Shown one piece after another: positions 1-12,337 of a DNA stretch of 64,000 bases. The notes under the pieces are model-generated. The model saw only the letters and a program-made list of their open reading frames with translations. It ran no database searches and had not been told where the DNA came from. Source of the DNA: Lama guanicoe (taxonomy: Eukaryota); contig MU054391.1 of NCBI GenBank assembly GCA_013239625.1, positions 5,601,824 through 5,665,823 of the forward strand. The letters run 5' to 3'. Numbering within the stretch: position 1 is the first letter of the stretch; each line of letters starts with the position of its first letter. Position numbers and translations under genes: made by a program.

Positions 1-1699
1 GAAACATGACTAAGCAGTCAACAGCAAGTGTGCTGCAAACTGGATTTCATAATGGTCTGATTCACGTCAAGTACTACAGGTTCCTTAAGCATCAGATGAA
101 TGGATCAAAAAACATTATTCTGGCAGGCGGTTTATCCTGGTACTCAGCTGTACTGTCCTCAAAATTCAGACATGATATATATGATATACATACATGGTAA
201 CTCTCCTCTTGCAAAGTTGATCATATACAATTTGTAAGAGGAAGGATGATAGATAAATGGCAGAATAAAACGTAATTGCCTTAATCAGTTTAAAGTCCTC
301 CCAGTCACAAAGAATGAAGTTGTTTTAGAATGTATCAAATGACAGTTATTTATAATCAGTCCAAATAAAATCAGTCTTATAATTTAACAAAAACTGTCAC
401 ATGTTTGTGCCTAACACAGGCCCTCAAATATTGTTGAATGTTAGGCTCAATTCCATTAAAAATAAAATTCTGTCCATTTAAATATCAGTGACTAGAATTC
501 ATGATCTTCTCGAAATATTTTACTCTTCTATTTGAATTTTTATACTTTATATGGGCATCCTAGTGTTTTTCTTGAGTTTTAAATAACAAGTCTCTACTGA
601 TAAATATTTATAGACATGAGTGTATTCTACCAATCCCGTCCAAAAAATGTACTGCACTTTCCCAATCTAAGATCAAATAACCATAGCTGAATGTACTTTA
701 TGTTGGAAGAGAAATCCCTAATATTTCTATTTCGGATAATCAGTGTTAGAAGACAACCCCTGCCCCAAATTAAGTTATTAAAGCCTAAATGACATTTTAG
801 AGGGAAAACTGCCAATTAAAAAGTTCTAAGTACAAAATAGGTATAAAATTTAGAATTTCTGAACTATCTTGGAAAGTAATTATAAAAATTAGAAAGCTCA
901 AACCTGGCTTTAAACCCTCTCTTCACCCTGAAATTTTATTTACTCACCCCTTCCCCCTGAGGAAAGATGTCCTCTCCTACTGAGCTCTTAGCGGTGTTCC
1001 ATAAATATCCTCACATCTAGTGCAAGGAGCCCCCCCACCCCCGCCCCCAATCAGATGGTCAAAAGGCGACACCACAGGCTGGGCCCGTTTTTAAAGATGC
1101 TGACTTCTCCTAAAGCAAGGAGATGATTTGGGACAAATCTGCTCTTTAAGAAGGCTACTTTGCTAACTCACCAAGTGCTGTAGTGACTCAGTACTAAAAA
1201 CTTTATTGCTAAGATGTGATTTTTTTCCTCCTAATTCACAATGTTCTTCCTATGTTTACTGAAATTTTTACCTAAAAAGCAGTTATCTCACTGATTTAGA
1301 TTTTTGGGGACCAAAGTCCTATTAACCTTGTTTAAATGGGTATTTCCCCAAGCCCCTTTAAGTTCTCTGTCTTTTCATTTTCTCTAAGAAAAACCAAGTG
1401 CAAATGAAACCTTATTTCACGGTCACATTTTAGGAGAAAAAGGATAATCCTACACAGATTAACTTTTCAGATTTTCTACTTCAAAATAAATTCTCAGGTT
1501 AATACTTAAGACAGGCTAGTGTAATAGCCATTGTGGTATTATGAAACCAAAATTATTTGAAACTCATCAATGACACAACTGTTGACAAAGAGAATTATTT
1601 GAAAACTAAACAAGGTATCTTGAACTCTGACATTCTATCTGAATATACATAGAAGTGTAATTCTAATGCCAAAGCACTCACAATCACATAATTTTAACT

Positions 1700-3022
1700 T
1701 TCCTAGTTTTAAAAAGTCTACTTTATTCCATGTAACAGGTAACTAGTATCATTTACCTCTGGAGAAGAGATGGTCCACAAAACTGATCTACTTGGTCAAA
1801 CACTAACTCTTAAGAAACACAGTCCAATTTTATACATGTCCAGGCATCCCTAGACAGGTGTATCACAATGCAGGAAAATGGGCACCACTGCTCTATTTTA
1901 CATGAGATAAAAGGGAAGTAGCAATAAATTTCAGAAAGTAGTAAAATTCGCCTGTTTCTTAAAATGAGTATGCAATGGTTACAAAGCCATAGTAAATGGT
2001 TTATAAAATGTAATTTTATTTTATGTTACTCTGCTGTTACATAGGGCATAACATTTTCACAAGGCTTTTTTTGGGACTACAGTCAATGATTAGCAACATA
2101 CAATAGTGGTCCAACTCTCTAAATAACAATCACTAGACAAAACTGGACACCCTCTCCCATGTGCACAAATCTGCATGGAAAAGTACTAACGTTTTAGACT
2201 TGGACTTGTGTACTTTAATTTATTTCCCCTTTCTAGTGTATTAAGAAATGACATGCACTTTAATTTGCCAAAAGCAATGCTTGTATTCTGGCAGCAACAT
2301 GCTACTTCTATTACACAGTAAAGTGAATACCAGAACTACAAAGGCAGAAGGTGTAAGTGAATTTTTATTGGGAAGGGAAGTTGTCAACTTAAACAGCAGC
2401 AAATGAAGAGTGATTAAGGAAACTCCCTGTTGTCACAGATACACAGGACCTCCATCATGTATGATACAGGAGGCATTTTTATTTTAATTTGTGACCCTCA
2501 GCCCAGAAATGTCAAATGCTTTTCCATTCAATCTAATACTTCTGGATTCCTACCAAAAAGGAATACATTAAGAGCATGGAATAGTTGCTTATTGAAAGGA
2601 AATCCCCAAAGAAGAGTAAGGGAGGGAATGTAGAAATCAAGATGTAGAACACTCTTTAAATTGTAATTAACTACATTTTCATATCTTCACAGTAATACAA
2701 AACACAGTCACTTGCAGAACTGGTTCAGATTACTTAAATACCAGATACATTTTTAGTCCTCTACATAAGTGTTTGGAAGTTACTTATGTTTATACGAAAT
2801 GAAGCTATTAATACTTTTCTACAGCAGTAACTGCACACCAGGAAAGCCAAGACAAACACAAATCAAGGAATGGAGTTTTCCCAAAGCTGCAGTGTGAAAA
2901 GACTATAAACAGTTGATTCCATACACATGAATGGGCTTCTTTGCTATAGGAAATCCAAATGGAGTAAGGAATGGAGATGAGTAAAAGGCTTCTCGAGGGG
3001 AAGGACGACACCCTGTACGCAC
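1700..3022 (-). other. YWHAQ: YWHAQ 3' UTR (~1.3 kb, end approximate)
   Basis: Follows the stop codon; no recognisable repeats; AU-rich; several AATAAA on the minus strand. Confidence 0.7.
1722..1727 (-). terminator. Probable distal polyadenylation signal AATAAA
   Basis: tttatt on the plus strand, ~1.3 kb after the stop codon. Confidence 0.6.
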
Positions 3023-3082
3023 TCAGTTTTCTGCCCCTTCTGCCGCATCACATTCTTCTCCTGCACTGTCTGATGTCCATAA
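3023..3082 (-). CDS. YWHAQ: 14-3-3 theta last coding exon, LWTSDSAGEECDAAEGAEN*
   Basis: CCTCCTAG|TTA acceptor; TGA stop at 3025-3023; theta-type C-terminus; total CDS 738 nt. Confidence 0.97.
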   Translation of the reverse strand, partial: LWTSDSAGEECDAAEGAEN

Positions 3083-3938
3083 CTAGGAGGAAAAAAAGTA
3101 TTAAGTTACTCTTTCTAGATTAGACAGTTATTTCAAGTCCTATTATTATATCAAAATGTAATTCTGAGCAATAAATTATTCAAACAATAGAGATTATATT
3201 TAAGACTAGAAGTTACATTTCTCAAAACCCCAAATACCCTCAACTTCTCCCAAAGTGTACCCTTGTAGACCTCTCACTGTGCATTTACAAAATGACAGAC
3301 ACACACTATCTGGGTACGTTTTTAAAACTTACTCTTTATTTTAAAAGTATTATCTCAGACAAAAACATTCATCCTTAGAATTTAATGCTCTCTCCGTTCC
3401 CAACAGCCCAAAGCTCTTCTTAAAAAGCATCACTGAAATATAATTTATGAGATTAATAAGGCTAAAAAAATTGGGGTGGGAGGAGGGACCATGGTCATAG
3501 TAACCGTTTCCAAGTATGTGAAGGGCTATCATACAGAAAAAGAAGCAGGCTTACTTTGTACACGGTAAAGAATTAAATAGGAGCAGATGATGTTAAATTA
3601 TAGGGGAGGAAGTAGCACGTGTGCATGAAGGTACGTAGAAAGGGTTCTTCAATTAGGTAGGATGCTATAAAACAATTAAAACTGATCTCCAAGGATCTCT
3701 CTGATTTTAGGATGAAACAGTGAAGTGCAGAAGGGAAGAGTCAACATCTATTGACTATATACAACAGGTCACAAAATGGATTTCTATTAGACCAACCACA
3801 ACTGGCAATTTTGGAAAAGCTAAAATCTTACTTAATCTTTAAGATACTAAAATAAAAACAAACAAACAAAACATATCCCTGAAGAACTGTCCCCTTAAGA
3901 GAGAAAACAAAACAAAACTGGTTAAGATAGCTCCACAG

Positions 3939-4067
3939 GGGCAAAGGTATATAGCTCAAGTGGTAGAGCACATGCTCAGCAAGCACGGAAAAGGACCCCA
4001 GGTTCGGTCCCCGGTACCTCCTCTGAGCAGAAATCAATGAAGAAACCTAATTACCTCCCCTTCAGAA
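3939..4067 (+). mobile_element. tRNA-derived SINE (camelid vic-1-like)
   Basis: A-box TAGCTCAAGTGG and B-box-like GGTTCGGTCC; TSD aagatag(c/t)tccacag at 3924-3938 and 4068-4082. Confidence 0.88.
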
Positions 4068-4261
4068 AAGATAGTTCCACAGTGTATCCCGGAAGAGGTG
4101 TAACCGCTCAGTTTGTTTTTCTTCCATAAAAGCTGTTTATGCTGACCATTTTTCTACTGTTACCTCACAACTAGGGATTTCTAATGGCTGGGAATGAAGT
4201 GCATTCATTTGCCTTCCCTGTTCAGCAAAGTTGAACAGATATGGTGCTAATATTAAAAAAA

Positions 4262-4372
4262 TTTTTCTTTAGTGTTTCCTGCCCACCCCTCCCACCAATG
4301 GAGGCACTGGGGATAGAACCCTGGCCCTTGTGCATGCCAAGCACATGCTCTACCACTGAGCTATACCCTCCA
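4262..4372 (-). mobile_element. tRNA-derived SINE (vic-1-like), reverse orientation
   Basis: Reverse complement reads GGAGGGTATAGCTCAGTGGTAGAGCATGTGCTTGGCATGCACAAGGGCCAGGGTTCTATCCCCAGTGCCTCC. Confidence 0.88.
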
Positions 4373-4935
4373 TCTCTGAATTTTTTTTTAATCCAACAAA
4401 AGATAAAGTGTCAAACTGGGGGAGCCAGGGAAACTACATTTATATTAAAGGGTGTATTTCTTTCTTCTACATTTTGCCTAAGATTTTGACATATCAAGTT
4501 TACTTGAACCTACAAAAGAAGCTAAGTAAAGCTCAACCAGTGTCTTTTTTCTCCATTACTTTTTCCTCCATTGTTTGCCTACACAAGAGGTAGTGAGAAA
4601 AAAGAAAAAATAAATTTAAAAAAAAGGTAAATTCTCTATATTAAGGTTATTTATCAATATCTTCATTCCAAGTGAAATAGTCAATGATGGTTAATATTAC
4701 AAGTTCCTACAATCTTAGTACTTTCGTAAGGTCTGATAAAATGCCCATTCAACTTGAAAATCTGCCTAGAAAAGAAGAGTTGTCCTATACAAAATACTAA
4801 CAACTATCTAATATTTTTATGTATCTACATATTCATTTTCTAAGAGCAAGTGTAGCTCTAATATAACTGCCCCCAGAAGATAGGAAGCCCGAATAAAATA
4901 TAAATACTTTTGTCCCTGAAAAAGAAAGAAAATTA

Positions 4936-5088
<153 letters not shown>

Positions 5089-5691
5089 TCAACATAAACT
5101 AGTTACTCTACAATCACAAATCATTTTTATAAAGCAGATGAACATCCACTTTACGTTCTATTCTCCATTAAAAACAAGTCATTGAAATCATTCCCTCAGA
5201 TTCTCAGTTTAAGAACTTTTGGGTAGGAATTGAAACTTACAAACCTCTACGTACGTAATCAGTAAATAAGTATTTCTTAGTTCTTTCACAGGACACATGC
5301 AGCCCAGTACCTATACCTAAGATGTTTCTTACAAATAAGAATTAGTATTTGCAAAATCCCCTCTGAACACTCCGATTCTGAAACACTGTGATGAGCAGAG
5401 ATTCTAGTGACCAAACCTGGTAGCATTACCTTCCAGTCCTTCACACGTCTTCCAGGCTTTCTTGATTACTATGACCAATATGCTCTTTAGATAGACATTC
5501 TATTTATAACTATAGTTGGGAGAGTAAGGTCTTGAGAGTGTGGGAGGTAGTTGCAATGGTAAGGAAAAGGAGAAGATACCAAAATAAATGTAGTCAAAAT
5601 CATCCCTGGATATCCGAGTAAAATGTCTACTAATTAACACACCTGCTAGCTCAAATTACCTAAAGAGGGTATTTTGGGACACACATCTTAC

Positions 5692-5855
5692 CGTTTTAGC
5701 CAGCGTGCAGGCAAGTTCTGGGTTATTAAGGATCTCATAGTAAAATACAGAAAAGTTAAGAGCCAGCCCCAGGCGGATTGGGTGTGTAGGTTGCATCTCT
5801 TTCTTGCTTATATCAAAAGCTTCTTGGTAAGCTCCTTGGGAATTATCTATCGTTT
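5692..5855 (-). CDS. YWHAQ: 14-3-3 theta exon 4, (Q)[54 protein letters not shown]
   Basis: TTTACAG|AA acceptor and ACG|GTAAG donor; 164 nt; frame joins exon 3 (phase 1). Confidence 0.98.
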
Positions 5856-5995
5856 CTGTAAAGAGAAAAAAATGAAATAAAAAAACCATAATAATGAAAA
5901 CATCCATCTAGTATACAGTAATATCTTTAACATATGCTACTAGCTCAGCAGGAAGATTTTTCTCCGTGGCCTTCTTTTAAAACCACAGCAGCAGA

Positions 5996-6108
5996 GGGGA
6001 GGGTACAGCTCAGTGGCAGAGTGTGTACTTAGCATGCACAAACCTCTATTTAAATAAATAAATAAACTGGACCCCTCCTTGCCAAAAGAAAAAAAACAAA
6101 AACAAAAA
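5996..6108 (+). mobile_element. tRNA-derived SINE with internal deletion
   Basis: Head GGGGAGGGTACAGCTCAGTGGCAGAG...AGCATGCAC joins directly to the (TAAA)n and A-rich tail. Confidence 0.78.
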
Positions 6109-7945
6109 CACCACATCATAGTAGCAAACCAAAAACATTATCTTGTACCAGGTATTAAAAAACTTGCTTATTAGCACCTTAATAAAAAACATGATAGAAT
6201 ATTATTATTTTTCCATCTCTGTGGCTAAAACATTTTCCTCTTTCATGCCTTTTAATTTTATCACCTGAAAATGCAGCAATTAAAAATACTTTAATATATA
6301 TCAATAATATCTCAAAAAAGCTGGAAAAAATTAGCTGTAATATTCCACAATAATGGAAATATTTTACAAAAATTACCACCAAAATCTCTATTTTTGTGAT
6401 TTATCTGTAGACGCAATATTGATTCTCAGGTATCAAGATGTTTATGTGAAAGGAAATATAAACGTGCCAATAAATAGATCAAAATCTGCTCTGACCAGAG
6501 TTTGATTACTCCCAATAAAAATGTCACCTTCCTAGAAAAAAAATGTTCAGGAAGTATTACCAACACTAATCTGATTATACCATGTTTTGAAAAGGGTTGG
6601 TTTTCTGAAAGAGTCCATTGGACCCATGACAGCTTTATAAAGATTGTCCTAACAAAAATTAAGTTACCCTTTTATAGGCTAAATATGTGCATTTTCCTTC
6701 CTCTGAAATGGCACATGCACTGATCTAAACACAGCTAGTACAGCCCTCACATACTAGGGAGCTCTTGCTGTCTGGTCATCAGGAAGAACCACAAGGAGCG
6801 CAGTACAGTGTCTCAGCTTCTAGGCTGTAAATACACACTATTTACAAATCCCAGACTACTGGAGTACTCTAGGTAGAGGACTAAAAACTACCAAGGAGCC
6901 AGAAAGGGTTAGATCAGGTTAAAGCTGAGGCTCTGCTCCTATCTCCCAAACATATACCTCCTTTGACTTGATGCCATTTAAATGTTCAGTTCTATGCAAG
7001 TAATAGTCATGTTTAATTTTGCTTATCTTTAGCAACAGAAATTATACATTAATAACACAGTAAGTTTAGTATACAGATTTTATTATAACAAGGTACAAAA
7101 GTTTTTTCTTAATGTCTTCAATTATAGTGATTTTGGGGTGGTAAAACTGTCTCTCTTTAGTAACACTTTGTGGAGCAGGAGACCACAGTAACTAACTGTG
7201 GAGGTATGTCCTTTTGGATGGGGTAAAATTAAGAACAAAATAATAAACTTATTTTTAAAAAATGAGTTAGGCAATACTTCTACCTAGAACATGTTTAATA
7301 AATTTAGTAGCAGGCACATACATAAAATAATAATAATAAAAAAACCATAGTATACTCAGCTACCAATACTTCAAGAGACCGGGTTTACTGCTAATAAATT
7401 TACTTAGACTTTTTTACAATCAAGTTAGGCAATTCAGCTACTCTTTTCCCCATATTTGTGTCTTCTATGACAAATTATATGCCAGCAATAATACTGTCAT
7501 CTCACCTCTCCTCCTCAGACATCTGGTTATATGTAATTAGTAGTCAATGTTATTATGATCCTTCAAAACAGGTAGCAGTTAATAAATTATTATGTCAAGC
7601 AGAAAAACATCCTGTTTCTACAGTCTATGTATAATTTCCAGTTATGTTAAGTTTCAAGATACAAGACACTCAAAACCATGTGACATAACAGATCACATAA
7701 AGCATGTGTGAAGAACTCTGGGGCTAAAAATATGGTGAACAAAATTCTAAAGTCTAAAAGATTAAGCCTGTTTTTAATAATATCTTAACAGGTTATAATC
7801 AGAGAGTTCATGAGTTTTAACTTTTCAAAAAGGGCATATAATATAAATTCATGACTGATTCATTTTTGAGGACATAAGGTAACATTATGAACCGATCCTT
7901 CCTTCTTTTTGTATTTTAGCTTTACCCATAAACCAGTACACTTAC

Positions 7946-8069
7946 GTTTCCGATCATCACCACAAGCAACTTCAGCAAGGTACCGGAAGTAATCTCCCTT
8001 CATTTTCAGATAGAAGACCTTACTCTCTGGATTAGTTGCATTGGCTATTAAATACTTATCCAACAATTC
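7946..8069 (-). CDS. YWHAQ: 14-3-3 theta exon 3, [41 protein letters not shown](Q)
   Basis: TTTCAG|GAA acceptor and AAAC|GTAAG donor; 124 nt; contains the 14-3-3 motif [10 protein letters not shown]. Confidence 0.98.
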
Positions 8070-8271
8070 CTGAAAGAAATAAGATAAAACATTACACACT
8101 AATAAAAATAACTACCACAGTAAGTCCACACCATACCACCCTGGACCAGAAGCATGGGCCAGAGCGCAAGATCAGGTGGTTGCCATTAGTTGAATGCTTT
8201 GGCTCAAAGCAAGTCATAGTTTCTAATGGTAAAGCTAGATTACGTCAAACACTAATTAGAAAGATGTTCAC

Positions 8272-8660
8272 CCATTCATCCATTCAGGAAAGCATTTCCT
8301 GATACTTGCTAGGTGCCAGGCACTGTATTTGATCAGAGGGGATATAAAGATATAAAGGTCCTTGCCCTCAGAGAGCTCACAGTCTAGTAAGAAAAGAGGT
8401 AAGTATACCATTAACAGTACACAAGACATTAAGATATAAGTGAATAAGGGGCTATGGAAGTACAGGGAGGGAATGTCTGGCTCTGCTGGAGATGGCCACT
8501 GGTTAAGATAGGTTCCCCTGGGAAAGGGCTATCTGTCAAGAATTAATAGAAGGAATGCAGCAGTTAGAAAATGAGGATGTATAATCATTTTAGGGAGGGG
8601 TAACAAAATGTTTAAGACATCAAGTATGAAGAACAGTATAATCACAGTACAAGTCATCAT
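8272..8660 (-). mobile_element. L2 3' fragment
   Basis: cattcatccattca...gtgccaggcactg...gccctcagagagctcacagtctag, typical of an antisense L2 3' end. Confidence 0.65.
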
Positions 8661-11600
8661 AGTCCAGAGTAGGGCTATTCAATGTCCTCTGCAGACCAGT
8701 GCCCATCGAAAACAAGGCTGAGTTAAGGATTGAGAGCAAGCGCTCTACTGAATGTTATTTTTTTTTAATTGGGTCAGTATTTAAATATGTCTTTTATCCT
8801 TCATTTCATACAAAGAAATGTCTCCTTGAACCAATAAGCTATACCTCTTAAACTGAGGTATTTGTACAAGGTGTGCCCAAGAGAATTAAAATGTCACGAA
8901 AGACAAATATAACAGATATCCTGTTGGACTATCAATTTTACTTGATGCTAAGTAATTTAAAAATCCTTTCATAATAAAAATTATGGAGTAGAATAAAATT
9001 CTCATAGAAACATAGAACACCTACACCGCATAGGTTTACTTAGATAATAAAATCAATAAATGATACTGAAAAAGTTAAGGATAGTTTAGAAAATATAGTT
9101 TTAACTCAAGAACTTTCCTATTTATCTGAATAAAAATAGACTAAGCAAAATGCAATGATTATACGCATATTACTTTAAAGGAAATAAACAAAAACATTTT
9201 AAATCTTAAATTTAATGAAAAATATGTTTAGGTTAAAAAATATGTATTTTAAAAGGGTCTGAAGCTCAGGGGAAGTTAAACTTAGTATGTCAGTAATATT
9301 ACCTAACGAAGCCCCAGAAATTTACACATTATACAGGTGGCAAGTATTAGAAGTGTGGCTTAAATCTGCGAAGTTGCTGCGCTAAGAACGAAGCAATAGA
9401 TGGGCCACATCCCAACACTAAAGACAACTGGATACAAACGCTGCTTCTGTACCACCACACTCTTAAGTGTGAAAAGAATCAAAGGATCACGTTCTAAAAA
9501 TTTCTTCTGCTCAATATCACCAATACAATTTTAGTAGTCATTTATTAAAATGAACCTGAGAAAAATTCTTTCCCCGAATCTTACAAAATCATACTACTTT
9601 AACCTTTTTCTCTAATACTATTTTTAAATATCATGGATGACTTTCAACATAAAAACTATTTTTACTGAACACCTGAAATTTGGGAGGTTTCCGGAGGAAA
9701 GGGAGCAATGATGAGAGAATCAGAAAAAAAGTTCACTACCTTTTAAATCTCAAACTGACTCTGTCATCTCTATTTAAAAAAAAAATTTAAACAAGAATAC
9801 ATTCTGAGAAGCAGTATCAAATAATGCAAATACAGTGTTTATACTGTGGGACCCACTACCTCTGCTTGTATCCAAACTAAGGAACTATAATGTAAAATGA
9901 AGTGTCCCTCACTTTTCTTTTTCTCCCAAGTGAGTCAGTCAGTTAAGATGAAATTCCAGAGAATCTCCAAAATGGTGCCAGCTCTGGTGAAGATGGTATT
10001 TACAGTGACACACAAAAAAGCTACTTGGAACATTCAAGATCTAGTACTTTAGGATTAAAGGTGGCAGAAATGTGGGAGCAGAGGCAGAGAAAAGTGTGAC
10101 TTAGAATGAGGACGTGGGGTGAGGAGAGAAAAGCGATTCTAGCTCTAATCCCTCCTAAGTCACCTGAGCCGGCTGTGGGCAGCTCGCGAGGACTGCCTGA
10201 CCGGCACGCTGGCCTTCCAAGGATCGGGAAGGCTGCTCAACAGCTTCCGTGTCAGGGACTACACAGCTGCTTATACGCTAACTGTAAACTTTTCCCTTCT
10301 AAAATTATTAACTTTGATTACTAGTTTCATATAGCCATTACGTACGATTTACAGTGTTGGCTTTTATAAAGTGACTTGTGCAATACTTCCATCCTGGAGT
10401 TTCAGCCAGGTATCATGGTTCTTTGTCAGATGCCACTAGCTCTCTGTGAAGGAAACAACAGGTACAGAATAACTCTGTCTTTCCACATGTTATCAGTAGT
10501 AGCCATGTATATTTTAGCCCAATGAAAAGACAATGGATTCTGCTAACATGTCTTACCAAAATGATCATGGCTGTTATCAGGTATCAGTTATTAATTTTTA
10601 ATACCAGAAAGAATAAAGGCTACAATACTTAAGGTATATAGCCTAGGTGTACAATTTTTTTTGTAAAAAACATTTTTTTCATTATAAAAAAGACTCAATA
10701 CAGATCAGAGAGAAAAAAACAAAATGATAAATGGCTCCCTTGAGTAAGAAAATTCTTCCAGGTAAGGTCATTGGTAAGAAGTCAGGAGAGAGGAAGAGAA
10801 TCAATTTTTAACATTTATGTAGTTACAAGTTCTTCCACTAATTTCTCCTGCACATTATTCTTGTCAATTAAGCAGGAAATGCCCATTGTAACTCTTCAAC
10901 TAGCAAATTTTATAATCTTGGGAGGACAGGAGAGCTAAGACTGGGGCTCCCTCCAGCACTGAGTATTTTATTTGATTGTGAGGCAGAATGCAAGTAGTAC
11001 ATTCCTTTTTGAGAATCTGAGAGATCTGTGAAGAAGTCGGTGTTCTCACTACTCAAAATTACAAGATGGACTAGTGACAGGACATTCCAGACCGAAGAAA
11101 CTCAAATACAAGCAAAGTTGGGGGAAAAAATTAAGTTATTTATACAGGTTACTTTAAGAGATGCTAAAGGACCTTAGAATAAGCTTAATTTCAGAAAAAT
11201 GGGATAGGAATAACAAAAAAGAGGATTATATCATAAAAGCTATAAAGATCTATACAAGAAATGAAATTGTCCAGAAATAGCAATGATGCAAATTTAATAT
11301 AGTAACTATTCCTCCTCAACTCCACATCTTAAAGAATAGGCTAAGAAGAATAACAAAACTTCAATACAAATTCTATCTCTAGGACTGAATTATTTCTGCA
11401 TACAATAATCCTATCATCACTTCAACAGTTTTTCCAAAACAATTCATTTGGCTTCAGTGGTAGCAGTCTATGGCATTCAACAAACTAATATTTTTATCTT
11501 AAATTCGTTTATAAGCGATTTCTGTTTTAAAGACAAAATAAGCTGCTCTTGTTATTCATTATATAGCTTATTCTTTATATACTAAACTGACTTTTGGAGA

Positions 11601-12337
11601 GAGCAGGTAACGGATAAAGAACCTTAAAATACAAACAAAATAATCAGCAGCAAACAAAAAATGTTCTAAGGATTTTCAATTTTCTATCAGCTTACTGAAA
11701 TTCATTAAATAAAACACTATTAATTTGTTCAATCTTTAACTTTAGGGCACATGTATTAGTCACTATCTGTATATTTTTATCAGTTTAATCAGCATGTTAC
11801 TATAACTATAAAAGATTAAACTATTCATTCAACAAATATTCAAACGTTCAATATGTGCCAGGCCCCATTCTAACAACTCTGTATTTTTTATCTACATATA
11901 ATCATTATGATAATTTTACAAAAGCATAAAATCACATTGGAATCAAGAAACTTTGACAAAGTAATAAAATTAATTAAATGAGGGAGAATCTAAAACTACA
12001 GCTAGTACTTCTAAGTATTATCCTATAAAATAAGGGTTAATACATCATGAAATGGAGCATATCTAAAAGATAAGGCTTTGGTCTTAAGTTACATATTTAA
12101 TTAGAAAAATAAACAAAAGAACATAGTATATATAGGGCAACAAATTATTCAACAAATGGAACATTTAGCTAGTGGTAAGAGCTAAATTTTTCTAACATTC
12201 CCAACTTCAAATAATATATATTGTACAAAGAACCACTGATATAATACGTAAGAAGAAAAAAGCCTCTAGACAGTAAGTGTCCCTTATAGGCTGCCACTCC
12301 AAGAGACTGAAATCAAAGTAAAATTCAGCACTCAAGG

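Noticed and set aside
2900..3025. Stop-codon readthrough extension of YWHAQ
   Set aside because: Context is TGA-GTG, not the TGA-CTAG readthrough motif; no supporting evidence
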